64,000 nucleotides of DNA from Williopsis jadinii (Eukaryota), in the NCBI GenBank assembly GCA_024346625.1, contig AP024666.1, positions 1 through 64,000 on the forward strand. The letters are read 5' to 3'. Every line of letters begins with the position of its first letter. Position 1 is the first letter of the stretch. Of this stretch, positions 42,327 through 52,153 are shown piece after piece. The translations under genes and the position numbers were made by a program. The notes below the pieces were generated by a model. It searched no databases, was not told where the DNA came from, and worked only from the letters and a program-made list of their open reading frames with translations.

Positions 42327-43733
42327 TCAATCCTCTGCTACTGCAATCACAGTTTCTTCGAATCTGACTGACTTTCTTCTGGTTCTTTCACCATCACCAT
42401 TTGGTAACGGTAGATCAAATTCCTCGTCCTTTGCTGAATCGAGCATCTCCTTGACCGCTTTTTTATGAGAAGCATCTTTCGACTCTGAGGATTTCCTCTT
42501 CTCCAAGGCCTTCTTATCCTCTTTACACTTGTTACAGTTGCACTTGAACCCCCAATTGACACGCAGCTCTCTAAGCCTCTGGTTCACGTCGTGTGCAGGG
42601 TTGACATAGGACGTTGTAAGTTCCTCGTTGGCCTTGATGTCTCTCTTAGCGTACACCTTGATACCATCAGCCTTGTGTTCTCCGAATAGGACCCTAACGT
42701 TTGGATCACAGTTATGGTTCAGATGAGCTTGTATCAAAAACATAGAACCGTCAACATTGTTGATGTTGTAGCTTCCCAAGAACTCCATGTACTGTTCATA
42801 CGTGATTTCATCGAGTGGGAAGATTTCGTTGAACTTAGCGTAAGCCTCCCTCCAGAGTGCCTCCTGTTGCTCCTTCACGAATAAAGCACCACCAGAGTTT
42901 GTATCAAAGGAGCCACCGATTCCAGAGGAGTCAATTGCCTTGTACCTTATATCTTGACGGACTTTTGCAAATGCATCAAACTGTTGCAATAGAACACCTG
43001 TTTTATCGGTAAGGCAGTAAGCGTAGATCAGAGCCACAGCATGCGCAGCGTTCCATTTATTCTCATAGCAGTACTTCTCATACCTTAACCAGGCAGCAGA
43101 GACGATGCGTTTCTTGGATTTCTTCCCCTCTTGGTAAACGTTGTGCTTCAATGTTCCATGAAGTGTGTCTTTCTTCTTACAACGTGTAGAGCACCAAACA
43201 TCGGAGCAGACATTACAATCGAGTCCCTTCTTCAATTGGGAGGCAGTCTTGAGGAGAGTCGCACAATAAGTACACGCATTTGAAGATTTAATCAAGTTCA
43301 TATGATCCAATGGAGGGATGAAGAACAGCGGCGATTCCTCTTCCCAGAGCAGATCACCTTCCTTAAAGGACTTTGTGGCGTAGAGACCTTTACCTCTGTT
43401 CTTTGTAAACTGGTACCTGATGTTCTTTGGCATAACCAAGTTTGGAGTGTCCTTGGAAGTGATTTCAGAGGCATAGGCAAATTGTTCCGCACTGTTCAAC
43501 AGGTTATAGGACTTCAGCACTGTCTTCAGTCTCTTTTCGCTTAATGACCAATTTGGATTCCTTTTTTTAACCAACGCGTGTAATTTCGCAATGCCCAGTG
43601 ACTCTGTGATTGGATCTTCCTTCCACAGTTGAATCACACCTTCGACGATCCTCCGCTCATGAGGAATCACTTGGTCCTCGGTGGAGATCTTACAGTCGTT
43701 GATGTTGATGATCTCAATGTGAGTGTTCGGCAT
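42327..43733 (-). CDS. SET5: SET/MYND-domain lysine methyltransferase Set5
   Basis: RGKGLYA, Cys clusters, HLNHNCDPNV, ELTTSYVNP, NWGFKCNCNKC and C-terminal RRKSVRF. Follows SKN7 as in S. cerevisiae. Confidence 0.92.
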   Translation of the reverse strand: MPNTHIEIININDCKISTEDQVIPHERRIVEGVIQLWKEDPITESLGIAKLHALVKKRNPNWSLSEKRLKTVLKSYNLLNSAEQFAYASEITSKDTPNLVMPKNIRYQFTKNRGKGLYATKSFKEGDLLWEEESPLFFIPPLDHMNLIKSSNACTYCATLLKTASQLKKGLDCNVCSDVWCSTRCKKKDTLHGTLKHNVYQEGKKSKKRIVSAAWLRYEKYCYENKWNAAHAVALIYAYCLTDKTGVLLQQFDAFAKVRQDIRYKAIDSSGIGGSFDTNSGGALFVKEQQEALWREAYAKFNEIFPLDEITYEQYMEFLGSYNINNVDGSMFLIQAHLNHNCDPNVRVLFGEHKADGIKVYAKRDIKANEELTTSYVNPAHDVNQRLRELRVNWGFKCNCNKCKEDKKALEKRKSSESKDASHKKAVKEMLDSAKDEEFDLPLPNGDGERTRRKSVRFEETVIAVAED

Positions 43734-43940
43734 CTTTCAGGGGACTCGATGCTATGGTTTCTTGTGAAGAATTGATGAACACCCCAGGCCAGGGAACTTG
43801 TGAAGGAAAATTTTTGGCCTCGAAGGTCGTATGCCCTTTGCAAAGATTGTCGATGATGCACACGATGAGCCTCAGTATCTGGTGTAGAGGTGTTTGGGTG
43901 TTTGGATGTTTCAGTGTCCGGATGTACAGCAGAGCGGGGA

Positions 43941-43984
43941 GGGAGCCGCCAGGGAGCCGCCAGGGAGCCGCCATGGAGCCGCCA
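43941..43984. repeat. 11-bp GC-rich minisatellite (G/T)GGAGCCGCCA x4
   Basis: Four tandem copies directly visible. Confidence 0.9.
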
Positions 43985-44087
43985 TGGAACAGAGCTCCAT
44001 TGTTTCATTGTTTACAACATCATCGAAGTAACGAGAGGAAGCGCAGTAGGAAAGAGCTTCAATCAGGGGGATATCTCATTCGAAACC

Positions 44088-44945
44088 ATGTTTAGAGGGA
44101 TCATTGCTAGACATCCAGTTGGATTTATCGGTAGAGCCGTCAATTCTAGGTCACTGGTCAGGTATAACCAGGGCATTAAGCTGTCTGCGAGAAGACTCCA
44201 GTCAACTGTTGTTGATGGTGAAAAGCAGCAAAGAGTTAAGAAACAGTCGTCTGTGCTCTCGCTTGTGTTGGCTTCTTTCATCCTTGGTGCCACGACGGCT
44301 TTCCTGTTCCCTCTCAGCGATATCGCTAAGCTCGTTGTCCTTGAAACGTTGCCTACTGATGAAGAAGGTGTTGAGAGGTACAAGGAGAAGTTGGAGGTGA
44401 AGCTGACTGAGATTCCACTGTACAAGCAGCTGCAATCAGATCCTCAGTGGAGATCTGTCAGGGCCTGGAACTATATGGATTCCAATACGTTGAACGAGAC
44501 CATGACATCTGGCACTCTATCTGTGCCCGGAGGTTTCGCCATTAAACCGGTGCTCTTTGTGAATTCGACAACAAGGGAGACTGTCACGATCTTCCACGTG
44601 GGTGAAAGAATGTGTGGTTATCCTTTCTTGGTCCACGGTGGTATCCTTGCTACAATTTTGGACGAAACTCTGAAGAGATCCTCATCTTTCCTATTTGGTA
44701 TCGACCCAGCGTCTGAGTATACTCCGGATAAAGTGAAGACAAACCGCATCGAATTGCAGTACAGATTCCCAACGTTGGCAAATAACTTTCTGGTGGTTAA
44801 GGCTCGCTGCGTTGATGGACACGTTGAAGGTGATATCGAGACTGTTCAAGGACGTCTCCTGGTACAAGGTGTGGGCCATTTCTCACAACGTACATCTGTT
44901 GAAACCAATTCAAAACCGGCAAAGAAGAGATGGTTCTTCTTTTAA
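44088..44945 (+). CDS. FMP10: Mitochondrial HotDog-fold thioesterase-like protein Fmp10
   Basis: Presequence MFRGIIARH..., one TM, and GTLSVPGGFAIKP and MCGYPFLVHGGILATILDE motifs. Convergent with FAU1 as in S. cerevisiae. Confidence 0.8.
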   Translation: MFRGIIARHPVGFIGRAVNSRSLVRYNQGIKLSARRLQSTVVDGEKQQRVKKQSSVLSLVLASFILGATTAFLFPLSDIAKLVVLETLPTDEEGVERYKEKLEVKLTEIPLYKQLQSDPQWRSVRAWNYMDSNTLNETMTSGTLSVPGGFAIKPVLFVNSTTRETVTIFHVGERMCGYPFLVHGGILATILDETLKRSSSFLFGIDPASEYTPDKVKTNRIELQYRFPTLANNFLVVKARCVDGHVEGDIETVQGRLLVQGVGHFSQRTSVETNSKPAKKRWFFF

Positions 44946-44970
44946 CCCTCTGGGTGCTTGAACAACCCTA

Positions 44971-45645
44971 TTATTTATCAGCATTATATATTCTATCATT
45001 TAAGATCACGTTGTTCAACTGTTCATCGTGGGGTTCCAATGGGATCCCTTGTATAAACTGTTGTTCCAGTCCAATACCCAAGAGATATGGTCTCTTGTTG
45101 AACTTCTCCACGTGTCTCTTGATGTAGTCATCGTAGAATCCACCACCATAACCTGTTCTGTAACAATCTTCGGAGAATCCAACACCCGGCATTATCAACA
45201 TGTCGATGCCTTCTTCACTTTCCATTGCGTCCTCGCCAGTGGTTGGTTCCCTGATTTGGAATTTGCCCTGTGGTTTAAGGGAGATGACATCTTGGAACGA
45301 GTCCATCTTGTGAAATCTCAACAGTGACTTCTGCTTGGGCCATCTTTGGAACTCACCAGGCTCCAATTGGGAACATCTCGGCAGGTAAACAGTTTTCCCC
45401 ATCGTTATCAACTGCTGAATCAAGGGCAATGTTTGAATCTCACCATCCATGCTCATGAACACCCCGATGGTCTTTGCAGAGTGGACCCTTGGGTGTTTCA
45501 ACACCAAGCTCGTCGTGTTTGCTGACTGTGACTCAATTGAGCCCTGTGATAAGGACTTCACAGCATGACTCACTGACGTTCTCACCGCTTTCTTATCAAA
45601 GGACATCTCGTGAGGATTTACTACCGGCTTTCCTCGACCGCTCAT
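44971..45645 (-). CDS. FAU1: 5-formyltetrahydrofolate cyclo-ligase
   Basis: IREP, DMLIMPGVGF, RTGYGGGFYDDY and PLEPHD motifs. Confidence 0.92.
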   Translation of the reverse strand: MSGRGKPVVNPHEMSFDKKAVRTSVSHAVKSLSQGSIESQSANTTSLVLKHPRVHSAKTIGVFMSMDGEIQTLPLIQQLITMGKTVYLPRCSQLEPGEFQRWPKQKSLLRFHKMDSFQDVISLKPQGKFQIREPTTGEDAMESEEGIDMLIMPGVGFSEDCYRTGYGGGFYDDYIKRHVEKFNKRPYLLGIGLEQQFIQGIPLEPHDEQLNNVILNDRIYNADK

Positions 45646-45711
45646 TGTGACTTTAGGCCGGTGACTAACCTTCAGCCGGCTTTAACACTTGATCCGTTGC
45701 GAGGAGTGGCC

Positions 45712-45721
45712 CCGTTACCGG
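45712..45721. promoter_or_regulatory. Leu3-type site CCG-N4-CGG upstream of BAT1
   Basis: CCGTTACCGG, ~415 bp upstream of a branched-chain aminotransferase gene, a known Leu3 target. Confidence 0.6.
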
Positions 45722-46135
45722 CGTTTTTCTCATTTCAATTTGTGAATTTCTCCGGTTTTGTCGTTACGTTACTGCAAAAACATTCCATCGTTAGCCGAGA
45801 TGTATAGTTTTTGTGCGAGTGTGAGATTATCCTTATTCGACCATACGTCACGTAATTGGAGCGCGCGTCAAAAGACAAAGACATTTTTTCCAGGCCCATA
45901 GATTCATGGCTATGGAATATGTGAGGGCCATCTTGTGATCGCAGGCGACGGCCAAAAAACTAAATACATACACACCAAAAAGAAAGAAAATCTCGAAAAA
46001 AAAGACTCATTAAGACGCTGTCGGCACTTTTTTTCAAAGACCAAAGTTTATTCACCCACTTCAGAAAAAGACCCATAAAAGTCTCCTCTTTTTCCCCCTT
46101 TTAGTCTCTTCGATCTTCCCCTTTTTTTTCGTACG

Positions 46136-47311
46136 ATGTTAAAGAACTTTGTCAAGGGAATTAGAACAATGGCTTCCACTACAAAGCTTGCACCACTTGA
46201 CTCTTCCAAGCTGGTCATTACCAAAAATGCTTCACCAAAGACACCATTGCCAAACGAGCAATTGAAGTTTGGTCAAAGTTTCACCAACCACATGCTCAAG
46301 ATCCAATGGAACGATAAGGATGGCTGGAAAACCCCCGAGATTGTTCCATATGGACCATTGGTCTTGGACCCATCTGCTTGTGTTTTCCACTACTCATTTG
46401 AACTGTTTGAAGGTTTGAAGGCTTACAGAGATGCCGAGGACAAGATTAGAATTTTCAGACCAGACAAGAACATGGCCAGAATGAACAAGTCTGCCCACAG
46501 AATTGTCTTGCCAACTTTTGACTCTGAGGAGTTGATCAAATGTATCGGTGAACTGATCAAGCTTGACAAGGAGATGATCCCAAAGCAAAAGGGTTACTCT
46601 CTTTACATCAGACCAACTTTGATTGGTACCACTGCTGGACTCGGTGTCAGTGTTCCAAGTGATGCCCTTTTGTACGTTATTACATCTCCGGTTGGTCCGT
46701 ACTACTCCACTGGTTTCAAAGCTGTTAGACTTGAGGCCACCGATTACGCAACAAGAGCTTGGCCAGGTGGTGTCGGTGATAAGAAACTCGGTGGTAACTA
46801 CGCGCCATGTATCAGACCTCAGTTGGATGCCGCTTCCAGAGGTTACCAACAAAACTTGTGGTTGTTCGGTGATGAGAAGTACATCACTGAAGTTGGTACC
46901 ATGAACGTTTTCTTCGTCTTCAAGGACCCAAAGACCGGTAAGAAGGAGTTGGTCACTGCTCCATTGGACGGTACCATTTTGGAGGGTGTCACCAGAGACT
47001 CCATCTTGGAGTTGTGCAGAACCAGATTGAACCCAGAAGAATGGGAAGTTAACGAACGTTACTACTCCATCAACGAAGTGCGTGACAGAGCCGCTAAAGG
47101 TGAGCTTGTTGAGGCATTCGGTTCTGGTACTGCTGCCATCGTTTCTCCAATCAAGGCCATCGGTTACGAAGGTAAGGATATTGACGTGCCATTGCTCCCA
47201 GGTCAAGAATTTGGTGAACTTACAAACCAGGTTGCGCAATGGATCCAAAAAATCCAATACGGTGATGAAGAGTACAAGAACTGGTCTCATGTTGTTGCTG
47301 ACTTGAAATAA
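46136..47311 (+). CDS. BAT1: Branched-chain amino acid aminotransferase
   Basis: FEGLKAYR, LYIRPTLIGT, KKLGGNYAP (PLP lysine), EVGTMN, ILEGVTRDS and FGSGTAA motifs. Confidence 0.97.
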   Translation: MLKNFVKGIRTMASTTKLAPLDSSKLVITKNASPKTPLPNEQLKFGQSFTNHMLKIQWNDKDGWKTPEIVPYGPLVLDPSACVFHYSFELFEGLKAYRDAEDKIRIFRPDKNMARMNKSAHRIVLPTFDSEELIKCIGELIKLDKEMIPKQKGYSLYIRPTLIGTTAGLGVSVPSDALLYVITSPVGPYYSTGFKAVRLEATDYATRAWPGGVGDKKLGGNYAPCIRPQLDAASRGYQQNLWLFGDEKYITEVGTMNVFFVFKDPKTGKKELVTAPLDGTILEGVTRDSILELCRTRLNPEEWEVNERYYSINEVRDRAAKGELVEAFGSGTAAIVSPIKAIGYEGKDIDVPLLPGQEFGELTNQVAQWIQKIQYGDEEYKNWSHVVADLK

Positions 47312-47657
47312 ATTCGTATATAGAGAGAGCCCCTCAAAAAAATGACATAAAATGATTTCTATTGTACCACCGTTTTTATTGATGTTGAAGTTTACGCGCA
47401 CACACACACACGCGTTTGAACATTCCTTTCGCAAATGTCCCGAATTTCCAAAATCAAAACAGAAACGACAGGCACCTTTAAAAGTTTGGGACAAAAGAAA
47501 TCAAGTTTACACAAACACGCTAAAAAAAGAAAGATTTGGCATTAAATTTGTCACTGTGATACAAAATTGAAACCCCTTTGTCCCTTGTTTAAAAGCTCAA
47601 CGGTATCCCACAAGCGACCCAAAAACATAAGCTCTTACTTCCTAGGACATTGGACAA

Positions 47658-48722
47658 ATGGCATTTCTCTTTAAGAGAAACCCTAAGACCCCAAGCGAGC
47701 TCGTTAGGGCCCTTAACGACAATATTGTTAAGTTTGACGCTGCCTCAGACCGTAAGAAGGTCCAGGATGAGGCCGCTAGGCTCTTGACGCAGATGAGGCT
47801 CGTACTTCATGGGGATGAAGATATGGAACCACAACCAGATTTGATAGCACAATTAGCCCATGACATCTACCAGACTGATTTGCTCTACTATTTGATCTTG
47901 AATTTACACTATTTGGAGTTTGATTCTAGAAAGGACGTGTCTACACTGTTTTCGACCCTTTTGCGAAGGCAGATTGGCAACAGGTCCCCAACGGTGGATT
48001 ACCTCTTGGGTAAGCCGAAGATCATCACTGCGTTGATAAAGGGACCCGAAGTGCCTGAAAGCTGTCTGATAACCGGCGCAATCTTAAGAGACTGTATCAA
48101 GTTCGAAGCGTTGACCAAGATGGTGTTGCAAGACCCTGCGGTGTGGAAGTTGTTCGATTTTAGCTCGAAAGGAACCTTTGAAAACATGACTGACTCCTTC
48201 CAAACACTAAGCGATTTATTATCAGTGCATAAGAAGTTGGCCGCAGAATGGTTGGTGAACAATAACGATCACTTTACACTCCAGATAAACAAGCTCATCA
48301 GCTCGAACAACTACGTTACGAAGAGACAGTCCATAAAGTTGCTTTCAAATTTGATATTAACCAGGCAAAACTCTCAATTCATGAACCAGTACGTGAATAG
48401 CGCACAGAATTTGAAACTCGTTATGATCTTGCTCAGTGACAAGTCTAAGAACATCCAATTGGAGAGCTTCAACGTCTTTAAAGTATTTGTGGCTAACCCC
48501 AAAAAGTCAAAGACAGTGCTGGACATCTTGATCAAGAACAGGGACAAGTTGATCATTTTCTTTGACAATTTTAACTTTGCCGAGCGTAAAGATGATCCAC
48601 AGTTTAAAGAAGAGAAAGAGTTCGTGGTCCAGCAGATTACAGATCTACCAAAGATTGTCACCACACCAAGTGGAACATCAGGAACGAATAGTGGGACTTC
48701 AACACCTGGTGGGAAGATTTAA
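47658..48722 (+). CDS. HYM1: Mo25-family RAM network protein Hym1
   Basis: MAFLFKRNPKTP, NYVTKRQSIKLL and FNVFKVFVANP are Mo25 signatures. Confidence 0.94.
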   Translation: MAFLFKRNPKTPSELVRALNDNIVKFDAASDRKKVQDEAARLLTQMRLVLHGDEDMEPQPDLIAQLAHDIYQTDLLYYLILNLHYLEFDSRKDVSTLFSTLLRRQIGNRSPTVDYLLGKPKIITALIKGPEVPESCLITGAILRDCIKFEALTKMVLQDPAVWKLFDFSSKGTFENMTDSFQTLSDLLSVHKKLAAEWLVNNNDHFTLQINKLISSNNYVTKRQSIKLLSNLILTRQNSQFMNQYVNSAQNLKLVMILLSDKSKNIQLESFNVFKVFVANPKKSKTVLDILIKNRDKLIIFFDNFNFAERKDDPQFKEEKEFVVQQITDLPKIVTTPSGTSGTNSGTSTPGGKI

Positions 48723-48882
48723 AAGAACTCGACTTTACACTAAGCATAGACATACAATATGGGGAAGAAGGGGTGAGGTTTATCATCACTATGTACGTCC
48801 TGTATAGCACCACATATATAGGTATTTTTTTTACATTTGCATCATTATCTTACATCAACGACATAGAGGGGAACTGCTATTT

Positions 48883-50772
48883 TCAAAATTGTAGTCCTTC
48901 TAACTCACTCAGCGTCTTTGACTTCATTGCTGTTGCCTGTTTAGGTGAATCGACACCAGCATCTGTATCAAGTTTCTGCGATGGAACGTTTGGGAATGTA
49001 GGTAAGCATTCGTAAGAGTTCTTGCTTTCTTCAATGGCCAATTTCTGTTGGTGTATTCTCAATTTCAAGGCATCAATGTCCATCTCTGGAATGATATCAT
49101 CCTTGGATTCAGTGGCAAGAAACGGTTCCACAATGGGGCTCATCATTATCTGTCTCTCCTGTTCCTCCGCAATTAGGAATTCGTTCAGGTAATAATGCTT
49201 CCCACTGATCTGTTGATCAACACACAGTAATCCATTCTCAATAGCACTGTTGAATATCTCTTCTGTTATGCTTAAACTCCAGTTGAAATATTCACTTGCC
49301 CTTAAGATGTTGCAGTACTTGAATTGGAACTTATCTGCAACACCATAAATATCGATAAACTTGCGAATATCAGAAATCAGCTGTTCATGGTTGGCAAACT
49401 TGTGGTCCTGAACCACAAGCACTTTGTTAATCCTCTTGAGGATTAAAGGAAGGTTCAACTTTTCGAAATAGGAACACGCTCCGTATAACTCATCAGGCGA
49501 AATGAGGTTAAACCCAACACGTCCTCTGTTGTACAGTGCATACAAATCCATTAGTGTGATAATACCACCTTCTTGTTCTAAGGTCTTATCCGTAATCAGG
49601 AATTCAGATATCTGTCTCGAGATCTCCTGAAGGTACAGCTTCTGTTGATCCTCCTTGGAGGGATCTCTCAGTATACTCTGTGTAACTTGGTTTATGGTTG
49701 GTATGATCTTCTCCTGTGATCTGGCATCACCGGTTTGTAACCTCTTGAAACTCTCTATCAAACTGTTAATCTCGTTGGCCTTTGCTAACAGTGCATGTAA
49801 ATCGTCCAGGGATGAGTTAATAATCTCTTCATTTTTCCTCGTCCTACTCTCCTCCATCATCGCAAGTCTATGCAAGCCGACACCACGAGATTCAGGCTTC
49901 TCAATCTCAACCGTTTGATCTTGTGATTTCACAACGTTTTTGTTGACGTTACCTTGCGAAACAAGTTGCTCCCATTGTAGTTTTTCTAATGCTTGTTGAA
50001 ACCTTTGGAAAAAGACCTTATCACCACCTTTGTGGAAACTCAGTTTGATGAAGGGGATCGGTACTTCGTCTAATCCATCATGTGCCTCTGTCTCGATTCT
50101 GATTCTGTCATCAAAGATCTCTTGTTCATCGGTCGTGGATTCGTTGGCCTTGTTTATCGGCAACACTGTTCCACAGACCTCGCAGTTTCTCATTGAAGGA
50201 TGATTCAAGAAAGTACATGCTGGACACTCAATCTGCTTAGACTTGGAAGAGTCCTGCTCCTGAAGTTGTGGCTCTTTGACGTCCTTCTTAGAGTTTTCAA
50301 TGGCGCTCTTGATAACCTCTTTGTCTGGTTTCACGCCGCAAGTTTCGCATGCGGGTATGAACTGACCATCTTGATAGTTCTGGTATGCACTTGTTATGTT
50401 AGCAAACGAACATATTGGACATATCCATGTTGTCTGTCTGGCAGTTGTCCGCTTCTTCGCCCTTGAGGGCTTGAAGGATTTGAAGAAAATGGTGATCTTG
50501 GGTGAAGATCGGAGAAACTTCCCTGTGAATTCCACGGAATTGACATCTGAAAGCTCGACCGCCAAGCTCATGTCCTTTGGTGATACATTGTCTATGTATA
50601 TCAGCCGTTGTGAAGTCAAGTACGCTCTTCCATTCTGTCTCTTCAAGATCTTTGATTTACCTTGGTACAACCCGACAGAGTCCTCCACAAGTATGTCAAC
50701 CTCTTTTTCACGCAGAGTCGGTCTTGATCCGGCAGATACTTCTACTGAGTGCCAATAGCTTAGTTGTGGCAT
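48883..50772 (-). CDS. VPS36: ESCRT-II subunit Vps36
   Basis: Split GLUE domain (GRAYLTSQRLIYID, IKLSFHKGG) with two NZF fingers (WICPICSFAN; CPACTFLNHPSMRNCEVCG) and an EAP30 region (LYNR...LISP). Confidence 0.94.
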   Translation of the reverse strand: MPQLSYWHSVEVSAGSRPTLREKEVDILVEDSVGLYQGKSKILKRQNGRAYLTSQRLIYIDNVSPKDMSLAVELSDVNSVEFTGKFLRSSPKITIFFKSFKPSRAKKRTTARQTTWICPICSFANITSAYQNYQDGQFIPACETCGVKPDKEVIKSAIENSKKDVKEPQLQEQDSSKSKQIECPACTFLNHPSMRNCEVCGTVLPINKANESTTDEQEIFDDRIRIETEAHDGLDEVPIPFIKLSFHKGGDKVFFQRFQQALEKLQWEQLVSQGNVNKNVVKSQDQTVEIEKPESRGVGLHRLAMMEESRTRKNEEIINSSLDDLHALLAKANEINSLIESFKRLQTGDARSQEKIIPTINQVTQSILRDPSKEDQQKLYLQEISRQISEFLITDKTLEQEGGIITLMDLYALYNRGRVGFNLISPDELYGACSYFEKLNLPLILKRINKVLVVQDHKFANHEQLISDIRKFIDIYGVADKFQFKYCNILRASEYFNWSLSITEEIFNSAIENGLLCVDQQISGKHYYLNEFLIAEEQERQIMMSPIVEPFLATESKDDIIPEMDIDALKLRIHQQKLAIEESKNSYECLPTFPNVPSQKLDTDAGVDSPKQATAMKSKTLSELEGLQF

Positions 50773-52153
50773 GCAATTGAGTGAACTATTATCTCTGCTT
50801 GTGATAAACTAATAGGGGGAGGTTATGGGAATATTTCCAAGATAGCGTGGAAATCCTGGAAGCGTGTGCACCACGGGATTCGAACTCGCGACACAACTTT
50901 TTTTGCCTTTGCTTTGCTTTTCTGGTCCTTTGGAAAAAAAGAAAAAACTCCGGTCACCGGATTAATTGCTGCGTCAAAGCGCATGCTGTTCTTTCCAAGC
51001 ATGTTTTCTTTGGTCAAGAGCTTAGACTACAAAAAGCCCAACCTCATACGGTTGTGAGTGGTGCGTAGTCTCTGTCCCAGGCTTGTTAGTCGGCGACCAC
51101 TCGTCCTTCATCCCTCGCGTTCACCACGTGATGGGCCATTTGTCCCAGTGAAGGATTACCCTGGTCCAATAATGAAGGGGCCATAAAATGGAAACGTTAT
51201 GAGAAGGCGCCGAGGCGTCTCCAAACGTGTGTTTTTACTCGGCCAAGGATACCTATGTTCAGTGCCTGTGATGAGGGAATCTCCAACGGTTGCTTGTTCT
51301 CCATAATGATACAACCGAAAAACAGCCAAACCCGGTTACAAACCTCCTACAGTAGGCAGCTTTGGCGAACTCTGCAGCTGTAGACGATGACCCTCGATAG
51401 ATTTCCACTTCTACGCAATTACTGGAGTAACGGTAGGAGATTTTGGATGGGCACAGCAGTTGACACCTTGATTAGCCACCGTAGCCGTATCTTGAGAGAT
51501 TCACCAAAAACTAAGCAACCCCAGTCAGGGGAGCAAAAGAACTTGGAAAGTCGCAACTTAATCTAGTCGACCCCCATTTCGACCATGTCCTTTTCCACTA
51601 CGACCACGGCCCCTTCCTGGTCACTTATCAGCGACCACTGATCCCATACCAACGGCACCAAGGTTTGGTGTTTTTCCGCTCCCTGGCGTCGTCTCTGAGT
51701 TGTCTGCGTTTCTTGCCCACGTCACCGACGTCTGCCACGGTACAAAGTCCATTCGCACCAGCGTCACAGTGCATTCCCTAGAGCCTAAAAGGCCCCAATG
51801 AGAAGGCCGGGAAAGCTGGAAAACCTTGAATTTTCTGCACAAAACTCCGTGAAACGGCTTACACGGCCTTTTGCGGTTTGATTACGGAGCCCTCTCACTA
51901 GAGAAATTCAATAAAACCTCCACTTGAACACCCGCTTTTTCAACTCATTTCAGCTCTCTTCGAGTCCAATTTTTATAAACTTCCCTTGAACTTTCCCTTC
52001 ACAATTCTTTCCGTCCATTCCCCCTGTGCACGTTCACGAAGAAACTGAAGATCTCCGTAGTAAAGAGACAACCAAAGCAAAGGTGACTGTCAAGCTGTTG
52101 AGCATCTAACACGGATTAGGAAGACCGTTATACATTGTACCCTTTTTACTCCC

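Noticed and set aside
43890..44087. ORF-track N-terminal extension of FMP10
   Set aside because: Non-ATG start running through promoter repeats; the mitochondrial presequence begins at 44088.
46394..47494. 366-aa minus-strand ORF
   Set aside because: Antisense shadow of the codon-biased BAT1.
50860..50935. tRNA gene around the TTCGAA motif
   Set aside because: No cloverleaf or A-box can be formed; kept only as a possible ETC site.
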